Position numbers and translations under genes: made by a program. 64,000 nucleotides of DNA. Source: Chrysomallon squamiferum (lineage: Eukaryota > Animalia > Mollusca). A model generated the notes under the pieces. The model was given only the letters and a program-made list of their open reading frames with translations. It did not search any database and was not told the origin of the DNA. The DNA lies in assembly GCA_012295275.1 (NCBI GenBank), contig CM022667.1, positions 7,998,001 to 8,062,000 on the forward strand, read 5' to 3'. Positions 1 to 64,000 of this stretch are shown piece after piece. Position 1 is the stretch's first letter, and each line of letters opens with the position of its first letter.

Positions 1-6
1 CAACAG

Positions 7-6814
<6,808 letters not shown>

Positions 6815-9800
6815 CCAGACAGAAAACACTTCCTGTGTTTTCAACATAGTTCAACCACGTTAGATAACAGTCTGGCTTTATGTGGGGAAACAAAAACACA
6901 AGACTTTTTTTTTTTTTTTTTTTTTTTTGAACAGAAAGAAAAAAAATTCTTTTTTATGTGATAATGATACTGTGACATGTAACTGATATCTGTCTTGTGT
7001 CTTTTTGTCTATTCATGTCACTTGCTAGACATATATGTGTGTCACATGGTAACTAGATATGAGTGTCACAAGTTTATCTGGCATAATGTAATCAGTGACT
7101 CAGATTTTTCTTATCGTATGTATTCTGTGTTCAGCATTATGTGGTAAGTCTCACAATTAATAAGCATTTTTGTTTCAAATTTTGTTAAATTATTTTGCAT
7201 TTATTTTTAATTTTTATTTATTTGTATTTTTATTTATTTATTTATTTATTTTTATTATTATTATGCATTTTATTTTTATTTTTGTTATTTTTATTTTTGT
7301 TATTATTATTATTGCTATTATTATATTATTATTATAAATTTATTTTCCACTTTTGATGTTAGGGCAAGTCAGAAAAGACTGAATTCATGAAAAATGTAGA
7401 TAATATTTAATTTTTTAGAAAGTTTTTTAATTTTGGTCTTTGTATTTTAATTTGTATGTTGAAACCTGAATCATGATATATATATATTCAAGAGATTTAA
7501 TTTTACTTCTATCTTTTTTATGCTTTATTCTTTGAAGATGGAATGTTTTTGTGATAATTATTATGTTGTGAACCGAATTGTTTATATTACTGCTTGGTCA
7601 GATCAGTTCCATAGAGAGTAATCTCCCCTTGTTGTATTTGAAGAATGATTTTACTTTACGTCTGTTTTAGTCTACCAAAACAATTTTGTGTTATACCACA
7701 TTATAACTTTATGCATGTACTGAAATACACTTACTCATAGTTACAAACACATACACATCTATATGTCCATACTTACATATTAACAAATACACAAAGACAC
7801 ACATCTGTATAATTTCCTATGTCCATTGTTACATACTTTGAAGTGCATTTACCAGTAGTCCCTTACTTATATATTTACAAATATTTATACAAACCCGCAC
7901 AGTAATAAACACTTGTATATATCTACAACAGAAACACAATCTCACTGAAGTTACAATTATCCAAATTTGTAAAACATTCCTTCAAAGCATAAAGATTTTT
8001 ATTACGTTTTTAGAAATGTCCTCCTTCCTGTATAGAATAGATGTTTGTTATGTATGTACTTTGTAGGTTTTATTTTATGTTTTTTCTGCTATTTTTCTCT
8101 GTCATGTTTTATTAAAGTGAAGCTGGTTAACCTAGGGCTATACAATCATGTGATAAACAAGTGTTAGTCAGTACTTGATTTCAAATAACTACAAAAACTA
8201 TTCATATTTTTATTTTAAGTGTTAACAGTGTGATTGAAAGAGGGTTGGAATGTCTCATTAGCAGGAATCTGAGGGAAATAGGATAATATTTTTTAAATAT
8301 TCTGAAGAAAGAATTTGACCAATGGGAAGCTCAATTAAATATTTAATTGTAATTAAAATAATCAGAATTATTAAAATCTTTAAAACAACATTTTTAATTG
8401 GATGATATTTTCACTTGGTTTATTTTAACGAAAATTAAAATAAGTTTATAATTTTGAATCAAAGTTTTTAATTTGATGAGTGCATGAATTTAGATATTGA
8501 GATGTGGGGATTAAATGTAAGAAAAGAAAAATAATTAAAATTACATTGTGATACAGTTTGATTCTGAAAGATTGGTGACTACATTCCATTTGTACTGTAA
8601 CAGTGTCCAGTCTACTGTAATAAGTACTTGAAATTAGTAAAAAAAACCAGTTCTAAAATTTTACAGATGTTCAAACCATAACTACATGATAAATTATTAT
8701 TATTAATATTTTTTATTTTATTGTTAATATTTAATTTTATTTTTTTTAATTATTTTTTTTTTTTTTTTTAATGTTTTTTAATGCAAGAATTCATCAATAA
8801 AATTTTACTTCACTGCCTTTACATCTCAGCTATGTTTTAACAGTTTTGTGTTTGTCTTGTTGGTTTTTCATTTATCAGTTTAGAGATTTTAAAGTTGTAT
8901 ACATACACACACTTCATGTATATTGTAAGTGTAGTATGAATGATGTTTTTTAACACATTTGTGTTTTTTAATCATGTAATTAGATATTAATTAGATATTT
9001 TATATGACATTTTGTGCTTTCCACAGTTTGGGTTTTTTAAATAATCTGGAGATGTTTTACCTATTATGTAGATAATTTTGTATTTTAATATGAAGTTTAA
9101 GATTAATTCTAAATGTAAAAAAAAAAATAAAAATAAATGTAGTTTATTTATAATGATAAAAATAAGTTGATGTTAAAAATCTGGTAGCTACTAATGATCC
9201 ATTTTATTTGTGACAAAAATTATCATGTTTTTATGGACTTCTAATAAAATATTTTAATAGGTTATGTTTTTTACATTAAATATATAATGGCTTTTTAAAA
9301 TTTAGCATTGTACAAAAACATTGATAATTTTTTTTATAAATATTCTCCTTATCCTTCAAATGGGGATGAAAAGTTAAAATGTGTTTCCTCACAATCATTA
9401 CATAAATTTGATTTTAGTAAAATTACAAGCATTTTTTAAACAAGTTGTATTGATTTTTTATTTGAATCAGGACATCGCAAGGTGTTTGAAATAAATAAAC
9501 AAAAATAAAGTAAACAAGTAGTTGGGATAAAACTGATATTATTTAATGAAGTTATAAGGAAGATTATTAAGTAAATAGTGTTCATTTAAGGATTTAAATC
9601 AGGTGATATTCTTTTTTCTTATTACATGTATACCCAAGACACTAGAGCTGCACAGTCTGACAGGTGTTTTAAGTGTTAATAAAGGCCAAAGAAATGTTTT
9701 GTGTTATGTTGTACTGTTTTTTTATTTACTTTGCAAAACCTTTAATACATTTTTTTTTTTTAAAACATAATACATGAACTGAAGCTGACAGCATTTAACT

Positions 9801-10465
9801 GGAACAAATGCCACCACATTGTGGTACCCTGTCATTTCCAAATTCACAACAATCATCATCTAGATGATCATTTGAAAGATTTGTTTCGTTATTAGAGTCT
9901 GGAGAAAATTAAGTTGTTACTTGTGGAGACAGCTAAGAATTGTATTCTATGATTGATAGAGAAGTGATGTTTGCTTTAAACAAGTCACTGATTTCATGAC
10001 TTGTGAAGAAAATCAATTTATACCTGATTTTAAACCATACACACAGACAAAAATAATAATAATAAAAATCATAGGGGAAGCTAGGTTAAGTGGTCATTGA
10101 GATAAAAAAAAAAAAAAAAAAAAAAAAAGGTCTTCAAGAGGTGGAACAGGCACAGAAATAGGAATTGATAAAGTAAACCAAACTACTCAAGGTGAAAAGA
10201 CAGGAAAATGGCCCAATTAGAAAAATGTACCACTGATATTTATTTTATGTGTTTGAGTGTCAAAGAGAAATCCAGGATTCCACGTTATCTGATATCTTGC
10301 TCAACAAGCAGATTGCATACACTTTATCTAGAACTAGAACCCTCTCTCTCCACTGTCAAACTATCTGCAATTCCTGTGAGATGCACAATCTCCATGTTAT
10401 CTCTCAGCCTGGGACAGTCAGTGAGTGTGTTTGCAGACTTTGTAACTGCAGACGTCACTGTCAGA

Positions 10466-17935
<7,470 letters not shown>

Positions 17936-18340
17936 GTTGTCCCACCAAAACAAACGACCGCCACGCTAAAACTTCTGTTTGAATTTCCGCCTCTGAATCC
18001 GAGCACCACGCAGCAAAATATCGGATAAAAATTTTGCTGACTGTGCGTAATACCTAAACTGTAAAATTACCTATTATTCTAAGATTATAATATGTCAGTT
18101 CGTTAGCCTTCTTATTAATAATCTGAACACACTGCATTAACAGACTTATGTAGTCTAGTTCACGTGGTTATTTTATAATAACTGGGTGACCACACGACAT
18201 CAGTCTGAATAAATAATTCCAAACATGCTGTAAGTAAGGGCGGAATGGCACACCGGAAAATCGTGAAATTTCCCGAAGGTGGCCGGCCATACGTTGGTAA
18301 TAGTCCATCGCTTTGGAAATAATGGGCGGGGGGATTAAAA
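17936..18340 (-). promoter_or_regulatory. Probable PNKP promoter/5'UTR region (locally CpG-rich)
   Basis: CpG density is far above the surrounding introns, directly upstream of the PNKP ATG. GGGCGG boxes at about 18238 and 18324, CCGGAA (ETS-like) at about 18253, TTTCCCG (E2F-like) at about 18269. Motif function is inferred. Confidence 0.5.
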
Positions 18341-18618
18341 AATAATAATAAAACAAAATTAAATATTGCTTATCTGGCGTCAGTAAAGTTACAGGTACAA
18401 TAAAATAAGCGTATTGAATAAATCGTTGGCAACAGTGGTCTGTTTTTCCGTATCAATAATGTTATATAATATTATAAATATATGCTTCGTTTTATCATTT
18501 CAGTTTATGACATTTTTATTATCGAACATGAGGATGCAATGTCAGTAAGTGCTTTATCTGTCAGTGCTACAAGGCTATATTTCTTTTTTCAGTTTATTGA
18601 CTTTAATTTTTTTTTCTC

Positions 18619-18658
<40 letters not shown>

Positions 18659-21006
18659 CTTTTTAGTTATCTTTTTCAATTTGTCCATTCCGTTATTTTT
18701 TATTTACAAATTATATCAAAGTTTCTGTGCAGAGTAATATGCAATGTCACAAACCCATATGAAATCAAAATGACAACTTCAGCAAATATTCGTAAAGACT
18801 AGTCTTTTTCAATCACTTGCAAGTAAATGCATTGTGATAATTATTCATGTTTAAGTCTGCTACTAAACAAACAACAAATTAATAATCTTTTCTGTTTATA
18901 TATTTTTATTTCAAAGTAAGGTTTTTTACATTTTGAAAAGAAATAGTAAAAAATAATACTATTTTAAAAAATATACAAAAGTTAACATGATCTATAACCA
19001 GTTTTTAATATATTAGTAAAATTATAAATAAGATACAGAAAAGGCATCAAGAAAATAATAAAATATTTTGAAACAGAATTGTCTACACTTTTTAAAATTA
19101 GAATATTTTTGTTATGGATAATTATTACTTAAAATGGTTTTTTTATTGCTGTTTTTAAATATTTTTTTAAATTTTATTTTTATTAATATTTTTTTATTAT
19201 TATCATTCCATCTCTTTTTTTTTTTTAGCAATTTACAATTAAATTTATTTTCAAATGAAAACATCTTTACAGTTTTAAACAGTTACATAATTTTTTATAC
19301 AAAATAAAACTTTCACAAACAGTTTAAAGGTCAAAATTTATAATTATGTAACTTTGAAAATGAAATCAATTTTATTATATATATTTAAAAAATATGGTAG
19401 CCAATAATTTTTTTTTAAAAATCACAAATATCACAGTCATTACAAAAATAATAAAAAATGAGAGAAAGATAATGGAGGGATGTGTCTTATCACAGTTTTC
19501 TAAAAACAGGCACCACATTCAGTTTACAACTACATTTCACTACACGTATCACAAATATAAAACCCTTGCAATGTAAATAAATAAATAAACAAACAAATAA
19601 TATAAAATAAAAAGAAAAAACCATAGTCAGAGAACAACATACAAAGTCCAGGATATCTATTCCAACATGATTCTTGACAAAAGGTTTAAGATATTTTCAA
19701 TCTGTATTGTCATTAATTATTAAAGATTAAAATAAAAAATACTCTATACAGTTCACAAAAAAACCCAAACAAATGTTCAAAGTATTTCTGATAGCAAGGG
19801 TTGACCCATATGTAAAGGTAGGCCATTCAAACACACATACACTACCATAAAAAAAAGTAAATCCTTTCAAAAAGAAAAAAATATATATATAAATATTTAA
19901 AAGTTTCAAAAATCAATACTGATCATTATCAAATAATTTTTAACAAATTGAAAATAAAAGAATAAATAAATAAATAACGTATTTCTAATAAATATGAAAA
20001 AAATAAAAATGGAAATAAATAAACACAATTCTCTACCAAAATGGTCTCTGTTAAGGCATTTCATATTAAGCATTATCAACAAAATAAAATAATGTAAGCT
20101 CATCACCAATATTATTTTTAAAAAGTCTGTTTATAATCACAAGGTTACATACATCTACATACAGAAAACTACCAAAACACAAAAAAATATATATTTACAT
20201 AAAGAGAAAACAATTTTGTGCATATCACTTTTACCTTAGTTATTAAATTAAATTAATTAATTAATTTTTGTTGTCTCTTTAAAGTTAATAATTTTCTTCA
20301 CACTTTCGACCTCACATTTATTATTCTTACATATTTTAAAAATACAAATTTTCTTTCTCTTTTTAAATGTGTATAAATTAACTTGCGTAAGAGAATTCAC
20401 ATTTATTTGACAGTTGCGTTATTTATATATAAATTAGTAATAGCTATTTTTTTTTAAATGTTTAATAAAATTAAATAGATTATATAAATTTCATATCATG
20501 GCAAATCAATAATGTTAAATGAAGAATAATTTTAGATATATAGATTATACATAAATACCATTCAAATAAAAAATAAAATAAACATATTTAACATTTTTAA
20601 AACTAAAACTATTTTATTAAACTAATACTAAGTATCATTTAACGATCAATGCTATTTTGTAAATCAGAATATTTAAATAAAAAGAAAAATATACAAAAAT
20701 CTACAATGCTATCAGATAAAATTCATATTATATTTTATAGAAAAACATTAAGGAAATTTAACTTATAATGCTAATTTTCAAACACTTGGAGTGATTTCAT
20801 CTGTAATAATATTGTCAACTAAAAATAATACTAACAGTAAAACTAACATCTAAAATAAAATGTAAAACAAACCAAAAAATAATATGAAGAAGAAAGAAAA
20901 TAAAAAGAGAAAAATATCTATAAAGTGAGAATCACATAAAAAAAAAAGTTTTTTGTAATAGATTCTTTAAAGAGTTTTAATTATATTTTAATCCACTACA
21001 GTTATT

Positions 21007-21251
21007 TATTTGATGTCACAGTAAACAATTATTTGTTGTGACAGTAGTTATTTATTTGATGTCACAGTAAAGAGTTATTTGATGTGAAGTAGAGTTATTT
21101 GATGTCACAGTAAAGAGTTATTTGATGTGAAGTAAAGAGTTATTTGATGTCATAGTAAAGAGTTATTTGATGTCACAGTAAAGAGTTATTTGATGTGAAG
21201 TAAAGTTATTTGATGTCACAGTAAAGAGTTATTTGATGTCACAGTAAAGAG

Positions 21252-21268
<17 letters not shown>
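21007..21268 (-). repeat. ~23-bp minisatellite repeating the last dynein codons and stop codon into the 3'UTR
   Basis: Plus-strand unit ttatttgatgtcacagtaaagag; minus strand TGT GAC ATC AAA TAA (CDIK*), about 11 copies, some degenerate. Confidence 0.92.

Positions 21269-64000
<42,732 letters not shown>

Noticed and set aside
6815-10465. Possible ncRNA or overlapping 3'UTRs between the convergent NDRG and PNKP genes
   Set aside because: Many AATAAA/TTTATT hexamers in very AT-rich DNA; transcript ends cannot be placed from sequence, and no tRNA, snRNA or rRNA pattern was recognised.
18296-18345. Imperfect hairpin plus A-rich tail resembling a Helentron/HINE 3' end
   Set aside because: Pairing is weak and no 5' terminus was identified; equally explained as promoter GC boxes.

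Overview
AT-rich, intron-dense animal genomic DNA, probably an invertebrate (a mollusc is a guess); it is not prokaryotic. Three spliced genes can be reconstructed by hand from GT-AG junctions. (1) The 3' part of an NDRG-family alpha/beta-hydrolase-like gene on +, 7-6814. (2) A complete 16-exon PNKP (polynucleotide kinase 3'-phosphatase) gene on -, 10466-17935, about 597 aa. (3) About 61 exons of an outer-arm axonemal dynein heavy chain (DNAH5/DNAH8 class) on -, from the stop at 21252 to beyond the window end. Most ORF-track entries are exon fragments with intron read-through, or microsatellite noise. Two things stand out. First, a tandem pair of homologous, probably mutually exclusive dynein exons (39890-40012 and 39355-39476), with a palindrome and a hairpin at the splice sites between them. 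Second, many unrelated minisatellite arrays anchored on exon boundaries that copy the donor, the acceptor or even the stop codon into the adjacent intron or UTR. Five exons show frame disruptions, three of them next to such arrays; these are most likely assembly consensus errors. All coordinates were read by eye and may be off by a few bases.
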